Both the position numbers and the translations under genes were made by a program. Source: Alphaproteobacteria bacterium (GTDB taxonomy: Bacteria; Pseudomonadota; Alphaproteobacteria; UBA828). Taken from it: DNA of 64,000 nt. The stretch is taken from NCBI GenBank assembly GCA_965237415.1, contig CBDEFM010000002.1:3264001-3328000 (forward strand). Reading direction: 5' to 3'. The notes under the pieces are model-generated. The model had not been told where the DNA came from. It saw nothing but the letters and a program-made list of their open reading frames with translations, and did not search any database. Positions 52,822-63,003 of the stretch are shown here, piece after piece (position 1 is the stretch's first letter; every line of letters starts with the position of its first letter).

Positions 52822-54093
52822 ATGGGCAAGAAGGGACTTACACGCAGGCAATTTTCGGGCACGGCCGCGGCTGCGGCCGGCGCCGTTGCCGCGTCGTCGT
52901 TCGGCGCCCCCCATGTCGCGCGGGGTGCCGAGAAGGTAGTCAAGCTCGGCTTTCTGGGGCCGCTCACCGGCGAAGTGGCGGGTTGGGCCCTGCCGGGCCG
53001 CAATGCGTGCCTGATTTGGGCCGATCAAGTCAACGCGGCCGGCGGCATCAAGATCGGCGACGACAACTACATGGTCGAGATCGTATCTTACGATGACGAG
53101 TACCTGGCGGACAGGGCCCTGATCGGCGCCAAGAAGCTGGTGCTTGAGGACGACGTCAAGATGATCATGATGCTGGGCGGAACCGACGCGCCGGCAGCCG
53201 TGCAGTTCTTCACCAAGCAGGAGATGCTGTCGACCACCCTGCTGCCGAGCGATCTCACCCCCGATACGCTCTATCACCTGGCGCCCGCCGAGGTGCATCC
53301 GCTCTACAACGTGACCGGCGTAGAGTGGCTGGCGGAGAACCGACCGGAGCTCAAGACCGCGGCGATCTGCGCCCAGGACGACGAGCTCGGGTGGCCCTCC
53401 GTCGCGACCTATCTCGCTGCGTTCGAGGCGGCAGGCATCGACGTCGTCTACAACAAGTACTTCGACATCGCGACCACCGACTTCGCGCCGGTCGTGACCG
53501 CGATGCTGGCCGAGAATCCTGACATCGTGTGCCTCGACACGGCCTATCCGGACTTCGTCAACCTGCTCTGCGAGCAACTGTTCCTGCAGAACTACGAGGG
53601 GCAAATCATCTCCTGCACCCTCGATTTCTACGGGCGGATAATCGAGAAAACGAGCAAGAAATTCCTCGAGGGTCTCGTGTTCCAGTTCCCGGATTTCGAC
53701 GACGCGGCGATGAACGAACCGCATATCAACTTCGACAACCCCAACGAGTTCTTCACCAACTACAACGAGCGCTTTCCGGACGCTTGGAGCGCGGTGACGT
53801 GGGAGTATCCCGCAATCGCCGAGATGTGGAGACTGGCGGCGGAGAAGGCCGGCTCCGTCGAGCCGATGGCCGTGTTCGCGGCGCTGAAGGAAGGCGGGCG
53901 CGGCCCCCATGTCTTCGGCGATGCCGCCTGGTGGGGCAGCGAGCTTTACGGAATCGACAACGCACTGGTCGGCAACTGGCCGGTGGTCCAGATCCAGGAC
54001 GGCAAGGCCACAATCGTCGATTACCGCAATATCCTCGACTGGTTTAGCAAGCACGGGGATCTGTTGATCAAGCATACCGAGGAGCAAGGCTAA
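52822..54093 (+). CDS. HAAT (LivJ/K-type) ABC substrate-binding protein, Tat signal
   Basis: TRRQF signal, GFLGPLTG, VNAAGGI, TDFAPV. Confidence 0.88.
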   Translation: MGKKGLTRRQFSGTAAAAAGAVAASSFGAPHVARGAEKVVKLGFLGPLTGEVAGWALPGRNACLIWADQVNAAGGIKIGDDNYMVEIVSYDDEYLADRALIGAKKLVLEDDVKMIMMLGGTDAPAAVQFFTKQEMLSTTLLPSDLTPDTLYHLAPAEVHPLYNVTGVEWLAENRPELKTAAICAQDDELGWPSVATYLAAFEAAGIDVVYNKYFDIATTDFAPVVTAMLAENPDIVCLDTAYPDFVNLLCEQLFLQNYEGQIISCTLDFYGRIIEKTSKKFLEGLVFQFPDFDDAAMNEPHINFDNPNEFFTNYNERFPDAWSAVTWEYPAIAEMWRLAAEKAGSVEPMAVFAALKEGGRGPHVFGDAAWWGSELYGIDNALVGNWPVVQIQDGKATIVDYRNILDWFSKHGDLLIKHTEEQG

Positions 54094-54126
54094 CTCTGGA
54101 GCCTGCGGTATCGACTACGTAATAAA

Positions 54127-54193
54127 GCGGCGGGTCCGTCGGCAGCACGGACCGCCGCCGGGGGAGTCGGGGCTGTGCGGCCCCGGCTTTTCC
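54127..54193 (+). terminator. Tandem stem-loops after the SBP gene
   Basis: GCGGCGGGTCCGT...ACGGACCGCCGC and AGTCGGGGC...GCCCCGGCTTTT. Confidence 0.5.
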
Positions 54194-54300
54194 ATTGTAA
54201 GATTTATCTCAAGACAAGCGGCCACCCCATCCGACCCGGCACGTTGAGCACGTCGCCGGGCAGGCGGCCCCCGCCCTGCACCTGACCCGCACGAGGGACC

Positions 54301-55176
54301 GTGGATACTGTTATTCAGACGCTGGTGAACGCTCTGATGCAGAGCAGTTTCGTCGCGTTGATGGCGGTGGGCCTGGTTCTCATCTTCGGCGTCATGCGGG
54401 TCATCAACTTCGCCCATGGCGAGTTCTTCATGGCCGGCGCCTATGTCGTGTTCTGGCTCTACGCGCAGCACGAGCTGCCGTTCTTCGCCGCCGTCGTCGC
54501 CGCCATGATCATCGTGGGAATCATCGGCTTGATCATGGAGCAGATCCTGTTCAAGCCGATGCGGGACAACCCGCTCGGCGGGCTGATCATGTCGATCGGC
54601 GTGCTGTTGATCCTCCAGGTGCTGGCGGCCGTCACCTTCGGCGTCGGCCTGATGAAGCACATCCCGCCTCTCTATCCCGGGGCGACGCAGGTCTTCGGCT
54701 TGGAGGGCGCCTTGGTGCCGTGGCAGCGGCTCGTCGCCTTCGGCATTGCGGTCGTGCTGCTGATTGGGTTCTGGCTCTTCCTCAAGCGCACGCGCCTCGG
54801 CTGGGCGCTCCGCGCCTGCGCGCAGGACCGCGAGGCGGCGGCGCTGCAGGGCATGTCGATCAACAAGCTGGCGCTGCTCGCGATGGGGCTCGGCGCCGGC
54901 ATGGCGGGCGCCGCCGGCGCGATCATGGCACCGCTGGTGCGGGTCTACCCCTATATCGGCGGCCCGGTGATCGTGACCGCCTTCATCGTTATCATCGTGG
55001 GCGGAATCGGCAGTCTCGAAGGCGCCGTTCTGGCCGCCGTGCTCTACACTTTCTTCCACACGTTCGTGGCCACCTACCTCGACGGCACCATCGCGAGCAT
55101 CCTCGGCCTGTTGCTGATGCTGCTCGTGCTGATCGTGCGGCCCGCCGGCCTCCTGGGTAAAGGTGAGAAGGTCTAG
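54301..55176 (+). CDS. HAAT ABC permease (LivH-like)
   Basis: GLVLIFGVMRVINFAHGE, IVGGIGS. Confidence 0.9.
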   Translation: MDTVIQTLVNALMQSSFVALMAVGLVLIFGVMRVINFAHGEFFMAGAYVVFWLYAQHELPFFAAVVAAMIIVGIIGLIMEQILFKPMRDNPLGGLIMSIGVLLILQVLAAVTFGVGLMKHIPPLYPGATQVFGLEGALVPWQRLVAFGIAVVLLIGFWLFLKRTRLGWALRACAQDREAAALQGMSINKLALLAMGLGAGMAGAAGAIMAPLVRVYPYIGGPVIVTAFIVIIVGGIGSLEGAVLAAVLYTFFHTFVATYLDGTIASILGLLLMLLVLIVRPAGLLGKGEKV

Positions 55177-56206
55177 CCGGCTCATAGCGACCGGCGGTGG
55201 CCTCGCGGCGCTGCTGGCCGTTTTCTGCGCGCTGCCCTTCCTGGTCGCGCTCTACCGCCTCGACATCCTGATCTTCATGCTCATCAACGTGATCCTGGCG
55301 GTGAGCTACCGCTTCCTCACGCTGGCCGGGGAGTTCTCGCTCGGCCATGTGGTGATGATGGGCGTCGGCGCCTACGGCAGCGCGCTCGCCACCAAGGAGG
55401 CGGGGCTATCGGTCTGGCTCGCGGCGCCGCTGGCGGCGGCGTTCACTGGCCTCCTCGCGCTGCTGCTGGCCTTCCCGCTGTTCCGGATGAAGGGCTTCTA
55501 CTTCCTGATCGGCTCGTTCGCCGCGGGCGAGGCGATCCGCCTCACCTGGAACCGCTTCCGCGACCCCTTCGGCGGGCCGGGTGGCATTGTGTACATTCCC
55601 TCGCCGGAAATTCCGCTCCCCGTCCTCGGTATGTTCGACGTCGCGGCGGACGCCCGCGCCTATTACTTCCTCACGCTCGCGATTGTGGTCATCACGATCT
55701 TCATCTTCTACCGGCTGGAGCACTCGCGCTTCGGCCTCACGCTGCACGCGATCCATTGGAAGGACGTGCTGGCCGAATCGGTCGGTGTGCATATCTGGTG
55801 GTACAAGACCTTCGCTCTGGTGGTGGCGTCGGCCTTCGCCGGACTCGCCGGCGGGCTCCTCGGCCACTATCTCGGCACAGTCAACCCGACCCAGTTCAAC
55901 CTGCACATCATGCTCTTCGTGCTGGTGTGGGTGATCGTCGGCGGCACGCGGACCATCGCCGGCCCCATCGTGGGCGTCGTGGTGCTGACGGTTGTCGACC
56001 AAGGGCTGCGCAGCCTCGACGAATGGCGGCCGCTGTTTTACGGCGCGATCCTGATTCTGACCGTGATGTTCCTTCCGGACGGGCTAGAGAGCCTGCCGCG
56101 TCGGGCCAAGGAGTGGTGGGAGTTGGCGCGGCACGGGCGCCGGCCGCCGGTCAGCGACGATGAAGAACCAGCGGAGTCAGATAGACCGCCGCCTCGAGAC
56201 ACCTGA
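55163..56206 (+). CDS. HAAT ABC permease (LivM-like)
   Basis: FSLGH, GFYFLI, IVGGTRT..GP, FLPDGL. Confidence 0.88.
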   Translation: MRRSSRLIATGGGLAALLAVFCALPFLVALYRLDILIFMLINVILAVSYRFLTLAGEFSLGHVVMMGVGAYGSALATKEAGLSVWLAAPLAAAFTGLLALLLAFPLFRMKGFYFLIGSFAAGEAIRLTWNRFRDPFGGPGGIVYIPSPEIPLPVLGMFDVAADARAYYFLTLAIVVITIFIFYRLEHSRFGLTLHAIHWKDVLAESVGVHIWWYKTFALVVASAFAGLAGGLLGHYLGTVNPTQFNLHIMLFVLVWVIVGGTRTIAGPIVGVVVLTVVDQGLRSLDEWRPLFYGAILILTVMFLPDGLESLPRRAKEWWELARHGRRPPVSDDEEPAESDRPPPRDT

Positions 56207-56891
56207 GATCGCTCGGAGCCTGGCCGTCTGCGAGGGCCGCCAGACGCTCCGGACCGAAGCTGACCGGATCACGCTTGATCGCTTCCGCCCATTGCCGGGC
56301 ATCCTGCGCCCTCTCGTGGGCGCCGGCCTGCTGCCGTTGTGACGCCAGGGCGCGCAGTATCGGCGCCCGGTCTGCGTCCCGCCAGCTGAGGCCGGCCGCC
56401 CGCTTCTGCTCCGCTTCTTCCAGCGCTGCCGTTGGGTCGCGAGCGAGATGGGCACCGCCTGCGAGCGCCGCTGCCCGGCCGGCGCCCAGCAGCCGGGCGT
56501 AGCTCGCGCGGGCAACGGCGTCGTACCCGCCGGGATGCTTCGCTTGCAGCCGCAGATGGAAGCCCGAGCTCCGCGCTCGGTGGGCCACGCCCATGCGCGC
56601 GACCCAGGCCTCCGCCTCCTCCCAGGCCCGGAGCGCCCGGCGGAAGGCCCGACGTGCCGCCTGGGCGTTGCCGGCAGCGGCGTGGCAGAGGGCGAGGTGG
56701 GTCCGGCTCGCCGCCCGGCGCGGGTCGTCCGCGGTGAACGCCCTGGCAATGGCGGCGGCGGAGCGCCAGGCGGCGTATGCCTCCTCGATACGGCCCGCCT
56801 GGAACGCCGCGAGGCCTTCCCGCGCCCGCGCTTCCCAGCGCTGCTCGGCGCCGGGCGCCGCACCGCTGCCTTTCCTAGGATTGGCCCGCAT
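56151..56891 (-). CDS. TPR-like helical hypothetical protein
   Basis: Ala-rich helical repeats (DDPRRAASRTHLA), motif RARSSGFHLRL; downstream of the LytTR gene on the same strand. Confidence 0.6.
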   Translation of the reverse strand: MRANPRKGSGAAPGAEQRWEARAREGLAAFQAGRIEEAYAAWRSAAAIARAFTADDPRRAASRTHLALCHAAAGNAQAARRAFRRALRAWEEAEAWVARMGVAHRARSSGFHLRLQAKHPGGYDAVARASYARLLGAGRAAALAGGAHLARDPTAALEEAEQKRAAGLSWRDADRAPILRALASQRQQAGAHERAQDARQWAEAIKRDPVSFGPERLAALADGQAPSDLRCLEAAVYLTPLVLHRR

Positions 56892-56894
56892 CGC

Positions 56895-57710
56895 TCAGAG
56901 CAGGCCGGCGGCGCGCGCGGCGGCCATGTACGTGCGGCTCACCGGCACCTCATGGCCCCCGGTGAGCCGGAGCGTCGTGCGGCCGTGGCGACGCGCAGCC
57001 CCTGTCACATGGCGGCTCGCGACCCAGTAGGTGCGGTGGACCCTGAGCCCGTCCGCGCCGTCGAGCTCCGCAACGGCGTCGACGAAGCGCATCAGGACCA
57101 GGGTCGAGCCTGCCGTGGTAACTGCCTCCACGTAGTGGTCGGCGGTCTTGAGATAGACGAGGTCGCGGCCGAGTTTTTCGGGCAGGCGGTCGAGGAAGCG
57201 TGCCCCAGGCGCGGGGCCGGGGCGGTCGGCTGAAGCCTCGGCCGGGTCCGCGCCGCGTCCGGCGACGCCCCCCTCCGCCAGCCGGCGGCGCACTTCGAGG
57301 ACCGTGACGACCGCAAGCCCGATCACCAGCATCAATACCGCCACAGAGAGATAGATGATGGGCACCGAGATGTCGGCGGCGTAGCCCGGCCGCAAGAGCG
57401 CCTCGGCGGCGAACACCACCCCGGTACCGGGGGCGGCGGCGACAGGGGCCGCCGCTGCCGTCACCACCGCCCGCCTGCGAATCGTTTGGCCGCCTGCGGT
57501 GACGAGCGCCAGCATCATGATGCTGCCGCAGACGAGCCAGTTGCCGCCCATCGCCACCGCCCAATAGCCGATGCGGCCGGGCAGGCCGAACGAATCGTAG
57601 GTGCCGAAGGGGCCGATGAAGGCGAAGAGCAGCACCAGGCCGACGAGCGCCGCCGCCTGACCGGCCAGCGAGCGGCGCAATTCACGAAGCGTGAACGGCG
57701 ATTCCTGCAA
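56895..57710 (-). CDS. Membrane-anchored LytTR-domain regulator
   Basis: Four TM segments (GPFGTY), then DHYVE...RVHRTYWV...VPVSRTY. Confidence 0.88.
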   Translation of the reverse strand: MQESPFTLRELRRSLAGQAAALVGLVLLFAFIGPFGTYDSFGLPGRIGYWAVAMGGNWLVCGSIMMLALVTAGGQTIRRRAVVTAAAAPVAAAPGTGVVFAAEALLRPGYAADISVPIIYLSVAVLMLVIGLAVVTVLEVRRRLAEGGVAGRGADPAEASADRPGPAPGARFLDRLPEKLGRDLVYLKTADHYVEAVTTAGSTLVLMRFVDAVAELDGADGLRVHRTYWVASRHVTGAARRHGRTTLRLTGGHEVPVSRTYMAAARAAGLL

Positions 57711-57810
57711 TTCGCGAATATTCCCGTGGCGTTTGCGTATCGGACGGTGACGCGCGGCGCGGGCCTGCTCACCCTGCCCCGGTCAGCCAACCCCAAGCTT
57801 AGGAGAATAT

Positions 57811-58293
57811 GTGATGACCATTCGAACCGCATCCATCAAGGGCTCAGTACTGGCGGCCACGATTGCCTGTGTCGCATCGCTCGCTTCGGCGGCCGCGGCG
57901 GCGGACCTCGAGGTCCGTATCGACGGCCTGCGCTCGGCCGACGGCGACGTGCGCGTCGCGCTGCATCGGCAGGTGCCGGAGGGCGCCTTCCCCGGCGATG
58001 ACGGCGTGGTCGCCGCGTCCATCCGTCGTGCCGACGAGGGTGCCGTGCGCTTTGTCTTTGCCGACGTGGTGCCCGGCGCCTATGCGGTGGCGGCCTTCCA
58101 CGATGCCGACGGCGACGGCGCGCTCAATCAGAATGTCGTCGGTATGCCGACCGAAGGCCACGGCTTTTCTAATGGCGCGCGCGGCTTCATGGGCCCGCCG
58201 AACTTCGAGGACGCTGCGGTGACCGTGGGCGAGAGCGAGGCCGTGGTCTCCATCACCGTGTCGATCGACTATCCGGCTGGGGCGCAGCAATGA
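57811..58293 (+). CDS. DUF2141 secreted protein
   Basis: Signal peptide, YAVAAFHDADGDG, GMPTEGHGFSN, GPPNF. Confidence 0.85.
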   Translation: MMTIRTASIKGSVLAATIACVASLASAAAAADLEVRIDGLRSADGDVRVALHRQVPEGAFPGDDGVVAASIRRADEGAVRFVFADVVPGAYAVAAFHDADGDGALNQNVVGMPTEGHGFSNGARGFMGPPNFEDAAVTVGESEAVVSITVSIDYPAGAQQ

Positions 58294-59879
58294 CGGCCGC
58301 GCCCTCGCGCCGTGCGGTGTTGCAGGGCCTGGGTGCCCTGCCGGTCCTAGTGGCGGCCGGCAGGGCAGGGGCGGTGAGCGGCGATGAGGCCCGGCCCGTG
58401 CTCTCCGCTGCGCAACGCCTTACGGGTTTTGCCACGGCGCAGGCCGAGACGCTTGCCGCACCGCTCACGACGCTTGCCGGCCGCCTGCCGCCCGATCTCA
58501 CGGGCGTGCTCTGGCGCAACGGCCCGGCCGAGCACGAGCGCTTCGGCCATCGCTACGGCCACTGGTTCGACGGCGACGGCATGGTGCAGGCCTTCACCTT
58601 CAGCGGAACCGGCGTGACCCACCGCGCCCGTATTCTGGAGACGCCGAAGCGCCGGCGGGAGACGGAGGCAGGCAAACGTCTCCTGCCCGCCTTCGCCACG
58701 CTGCCGCCCGAGACCGTGCCGATCCTCTCGCCCGACGACATGAACGCGGCAAACATCTCCGTGCTCGCCCACGGCGGGCGCCTCATGGCGCTCTGGGAAG
58801 GGGGCTCCGCGCTCGCGTTCGATCCCGAGACGCTGGCTGCCGGCGACTTCGTCTCCTGGCGCGCGGACCTTGCGGGCGCGCCCTTCTCGGCCCACCCCAA
58901 GGTCGAGGCGGACGGCACCTGCTGGAACATCGGCTGCGTCACGGCGCCACAGCCGATGCTGCTCTTCTATCGCATCGATCCCGACGGCCGGCTCGCCGCC
59001 TTCAACGCGCTGCCGGAGGAGCCGCTCGGCATGGTGCACGACTATGTCGTGACCCGGCGCCATCTGGTGCTCGTGCTCTCGCCCTTCGTGGTGGAGCGGG
59101 AGCGCTTCGCCGCAGGCCCGATCAGCTTTCTCGACGCCCATGTCTGGCAACCGGCGCTCGGCACCCGCGTGATCGTGGTGGAGAAGGATTCGCTCACCCC
59201 GGTCCGTCGTTACGAGTTGCCGCCCGGCTTCCACTTCCACCACGGCAACGGGTGGGAGGAGGCGGACGGCACGATCCACCTCGATCTCTGTCAGGCGACG
59301 GACCCGATGTTCGCCATTCACGACCTGCGCGCGGTCATGGAAGGCGACTGGAGCTTCCCCTCCGCCCATCCGCGCTACCGCCGCATGGTGCTCAGGCCCG
59401 GCGGGGCCGCCTCGGTCGAGCAGGTGGCGCCGCGCGTCGCGGATTTTCCACGCATCGACCCGCGGCGCACCGGGCTCCGGCACCGCGCGCTCTTCGCGCT
59501 TACCGGCATAGAAGACGGCGGCTGGCCGTTCTCGCGGATCGACCGGATCGATCCTGACTTGGGTGCGATAGACGGCTGGTCCTACCCACGCCACCTGATT
59601 CCGGAAGAGCACGTGTTCGTGCCGCGCGGGGAGGCGGACGGCGACGGCTGGCTCGTGGGCCCCTTCCTCGATCTGGAGCGGCGCGCCGCCGGGCTCAGCG
59701 TCTTCGACGCCCGGCACCTCGCCGACGGGCCGCTCTGGCAGGGCATCCTGCCCTATCCCCTACCCCTCGGCCTGCACGGGACCTTCGTGGCGGATACCAG
59801 AATTGCTAGCCAATCTTCACGGTCTGTATCCAGCCATCTGCAGAGCAGACTACTTGATCGCACCAACATCTTCATGTAG
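58290..59879 (+). CDS. Carotenoid cleavage oxygenase family protein with Tat signal
   Basis: SRRAVL Tat motif, RNGP, HWFDGDGM; four Fe-His motifs SAHPK, MVHDY, FHHGN, LHG. The C-terminal ~28 aa derive from AT-rich flank. Confidence 0.9.
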   Translation: MTAAPSRRAVLQGLGALPVLVAAGRAGAVSGDEARPVLSAAQRLTGFATAQAETLAAPLTTLAGRLPPDLTGVLWRNGPAEHERFGHRYGHWFDGDGMVQAFTFSGTGVTHRARILETPKRRRETEAGKRLLPAFATLPPETVPILSPDDMNAANISVLAHGGRLMALWEGGSALAFDPETLAAGDFVSWRADLAGAPFSAHPKVEADGTCWNIGCVTAPQPMLLFYRIDPDGRLAAFNALPEEPLGMVHDYVVTRRHLVLVLSPFVVERERFAAGPISFLDAHVWQPALGTRVIVVEKDSLTPVRRYELPPGFHFHHGNGWEEADGTIHLDLCQATDPMFAIHDLRAVMEGDWSFPSAHPRYRRMVLRPGGAASVEQVAPRVADFPRIDPRRTGLRHRALFALTGIEDGGWPFSRIDRIDPDLGAIDGWSYPRHLIPEEHVFVPRGEADGDGWLVGPFLDLERRAAGLSVFDARHLADGPLWQGILPYPLPLGLHGTFVADTRIASQSSRSVSSHLQSRLLDRTNIFM

Positions 59880-59916
59880 CGTGGCTGGGCAATGCACGGG
59901 AAAGGGAGATTGATCG

Positions 59917-61101
59917 ATGAAGCTCCTATTTCTTGTTGCTGCGATCTCGCTGGCAATCCTTGTGGTTGCGCCGACTGAACTATCATCGCAGAGTACAACT
60001 AAAGTCGGAATTTTGGCGCCTGACCGCGGTCTCCAAAGCTGGCTGGGTGACCAAATGAAGGCGGGAACCCTATACGCCATCGACGAAAGCATTTCGACCG
60101 CTTGCATCACAGATACGCAACCCGAACTAGAACTAGTTTTTGCTGGAGGAGCACAAGCCGACCACTATAGCGTGAATCGTGCGGTAGAAATCCTTTTGGA
60201 ACAACATGTCGACGTGATAATCGGCGGCAGTACAATAACCGATGCAACCATTTTGCGGTCTGTAGTTTCTGAACGAGAGATTCCTAGCATTCTTCTGGCA
60301 GAAAGCAGTATCTCTGATGAAAATAGAGGCAAGTTTGGTGATGATGTGCCACACATACTGCAAATTGGTCTTTCCCAAGAGGACGTCTATCGTGTAGCGT
60401 TTGAGAAGTGGCTAGAACTAGTAGGGGGCATAAATAGTCTTTCGGCAGTATACGAGGAGAATGACGCGCTGACGCAGAAATACGCTGCTGCGATTACGCC
60501 AGAGCTATTGCAGAAGCTTGGTATTAATTCACAGTTTTACAAAATTCCTTATAAAAGCACGAGGAAACCGCAGTATGATGGGGTTATACAGGAGATAAAT
60601 GACATAGATCCTGACGCGCTTATCGTGTCTGGATCAGCATTTGACATCAAGAATTTGATTTACAAGGCTGCAGTTGATTTGGAAATTGGGCCCAAGCCGA
60701 TATATGTTGTGCCGCCGTTCGGGGTGGAGGAACAAACTCTGCGCATTATTGATTATGCTTATGCGCCGATTTATTTCGGTGCTCAATTTTGGCCCGACGA
60801 AGCGGATGCATGCACCCAAAGCTTTATTGAGAAAGTGCGCTCTCACCTGAACTGGCAGGCCGGCGCGCCACCTAGTATTCTGGCGATCAGGGCGTATGAT
60901 GCAGTTCAGGTGGTGAAAGAAGCGTGGAAAGACGGCGAATTTAGCGGTTGGGAGAAGGTGAAGTCTGTTGAGGGTATTACAGGACCCCTTACTTTGCAGG
61001 ATGATCATGTAACCATGGCGGGGCCCACGCGAGTAATTGTTTCTGACCCCAGCACGGGAATGACGACGTGGGATGCTTGGCTCCCAAGGGTAGTCGAGTA
61101 G
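59917..61101 (+). CDS. Periplasmic type-1 (Liv-like) ligand-binding protein, AT-rich insert
   Basis: Signal peptide, KVGILAP, VDVIIGG, AYDAV, GITGPL; non-host codon usage. Confidence 0.7.
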   Translation: MKLLFLVAAISLAILVVAPTELSSQSTTKVGILAPDRGLQSWLGDQMKAGTLYAIDESISTACITDTQPELELVFAGGAQADHYSVNRAVEILLEQHVDVIIGGSTITDATILRSVVSEREIPSILLAESSISDENRGKFGDDVPHILQIGLSQEDVYRVAFEKWLELVGGINSLSAVYEENDALTQKYAAAITPELLQKLGINSQFYKIPYKSTRKPQYDGVIQEINDIDPDALIVSGSAFDIKNLIYKAAVDLEIGPKPIYVVPPFGVEEQTLRIIDYAYAPIYFGAQFWPDEADACTQSFIEKVRSHLNWQAGAPPSILAIRAYDAVQVVKEAWKDGEFSGWEKVKSVEGITGPLTLQDDHVTMAGPTRVIVSDPSTGMTTWDAWLPRVVE

Positions 61102-61161
61102 TCTGTGTTAGTTTAGGCTCAAATAGCAGGAAATATGTACGTTTAGGTTCGGACATATAGT

Positions 61162-61692
61162 ATGTGGAAGAAGGTTAGGGAGCATTGGTTGATATCAGTG
61201 CTTCTACCTATATTAGTAGTACCTGTAATTTTGATGTTTGCAAAAAATCACTTTATTGATATTCCTGCGAGAAGTCCAGATCTGGAATATAGAGTGTTTC
61301 ATGGGATACACGGGCAATCCGATAATTCCATTGAATACATTACTTACATTCATGTGGAGAACACGGGGAAAGGCGAAAGTTTAGAGGATCGAGCTTACGT
61401 CTTGGCAAAGTTCTATGGGATAATACTGAAGCTTAGTGAGCCATGGTCTCTTCCAATCGGAAGTCGTTTTGTTGACGAGAATAATAGAGAAATCGTATCA
61501 TGTATACGCAGATCAGTTTGTAAGTTGATGTTGGGAAACTTGGTGTCTAATGGTCGAGTGTCCGTTGGCTTCATTTCAAACAATACATTGATCGACCTTC
61601 CTCAAATTAGTTATGGTGGACTTCTAATAAAGCCTTCCCACTGCCGAGGAATTAGAGAGTCGCTACTGCCGTCTTGCGAAGTCGAGAGTTGA
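61162..61692 (+). CDS. Hypothetical membrane-anchored protein, AT-rich
   Basis: 176-aa ORF, N-terminal TM, beta-rich with VENTG motif and paired Cys; no family recognised. Confidence 0.55.
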   Translation: MWKKVREHWLISVLLPILVVPVILMFAKNHFIDIPARSPDLEYRVFHGIHGQSDNSIEYITYIHVENTGKGESLEDRAYVLAKFYGIILKLSEPWSLPIGSRFVDENNREIVSCIRRSVCKLMLGNLVSNGRVSVGFISNNTLIDLPQISYGGLLIKPSHCRGIRESLLPSCEVES

Positions 61693-61791
61693 GCTCACAC
61701 TATTTTCGCATTGAGAGTGCGGGGATCGAGTTCGACAGACTGACGTTGTCGTTCCGGCAGCCGTGTCGCGGAGGCGAGCGAAGCCAGTACC

Positions 61792-62997
61792 CTAAAGGGC
61801 GGGGTCAGTCGAGGGCAGGCCGAGCAGCACGCGGCCGTGGTTCGACGCGTTCACGTCCCAATTCTGGGTGATGTGGCCGCGGATGCAGTTGAGGTCCCGC
61901 ATCGCCCGCGAGATCGGGTTGCGGTCGTAGAGGCCGGCGCCGCCCGAGAGGTGGAAGAGCAGGTCCACCGCTTCGGCCGCGAGCTTGCCCGCCATGGTCG
62001 CCTTGGCGCGAAGCTCCGTCTTGAGCGGCATCGGCGCGCTCTCGCCGCGCGCGGCGATCGCCATCCCTGCGTCGCAGCAATGGTGCAGCAGAAGCCGGGC
62101 GGTCTCGATCGCGGTGTGGGCCTCGGCTACCTTGACCTGGGCGGTGGAATAGTCGGCCATGCTCTTGCCCGACATCCGCGCGACCCGGTCGCGGGTGCGC
62201 GCGACGAAGTCGTCGTAGGTGGCCTGGGCCACGCCGACCGCGACGATGCTCTGGTTGATAGAGAACATGGCGAAGGCCGGCAACTTGTAGAGCGCCGCGT
62301 CGTTCACCGCACACCCCGGCGCATCGCCGCCGCCCTTGGTGGCGTCGATGGGGAGCGCCCGGCGGTCCGGCACGAAGATGTCGTCCACGGCGACATCGGC
62401 GCTGCCCGTGCCGCGCAGGCCGGCGGTGTGCCAGGTGTCGATGATCTCGAATTGGCCGTGCGGCACGGCGTGCATCTGGGCGACCTTGGGGACGCCGTCG
62501 CCCTCCGTGAATGCCGTCGCGATGAACCAGTCGGCGCCGTAGACGCCACTTGCGAAGGGCCAGCGCCCGCTGATCCGCCAGCCACCGTCTACTCTCACGG
62601 CCCGCCCGCAGCTCGGGATCAAGACGCCCGCCACCATGGCGTCCGGTGTCGCGCCCCAGATTTCGTCCTGCCCATCGCCGGGCCAGTAGCCGAGCAGGCA
62701 GTTGTGGGAGCAGTACTGAGTCAGGCACCAGCCGGCGGCGCTGCAAGCGATCGAGATGGTCTCCACGATATCGGCCATGCCCGAAAAATGCGCCTCGGCC
62801 CCGCCGTGGCGGGCGGGCTGCAGGATGCGGTGGATACCGGCGTCCCGCATCGCCTGCATGGTCTCGGGCGCGAGCCGGCGGGTCTCCTCGGTCTCGTCCG
62901 AGCGCTCGCGCAAGGTATCCCTGAGCCCCTTCGCCCGCGCGAGGAGGTTTCCCCGGGTCCTGACCGCTGCCGCGCCTGCGCTTGCCGCCTCATTCAT
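61792..62997 (-). CDS. Acyl-CoA-dehydrogenase-fold flavin monooxygenase (HsaA/C2-HpaH type)
   Basis: ILQPARHGG, GRWPFASG, DTWHTAGLRGTGS, RAMRDL...H. Confidence 0.85.
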   Translation of the reverse strand: MNEAASAGAAAVRTRGNLLARAKGLRDTLRERSDETEETRRLAPETMQAMRDAGIHRILQPARHGGAEAHFSGMADIVETISIACSAAGWCLTQYCSHNCLLGYWPGDGQDEIWGATPDAMVAGVLIPSCGRAVRVDGGWRISGRWPFASGVYGADWFIATAFTEGDGVPKVAQMHAVPHGQFEIIDTWHTAGLRGTGSADVAVDDIFVPDRRALPIDATKGGGDAPGCAVNDAALYKLPAFAMFSINQSIVAVGVAQATYDDFVARTRDRVARMSGKSMADYSTAQVKVAEAHTAIETARLLLHHCCDAGMAIAARGESAPMPLKTELRAKATMAGKLAAEAVDLLFHLSGGAGLYDRNPISRAMRDLNCIRGHITQNWDVNASNHGRVLLGLPSTDPAL

Positions 62998-63003
62998 GGC
63001 GCC

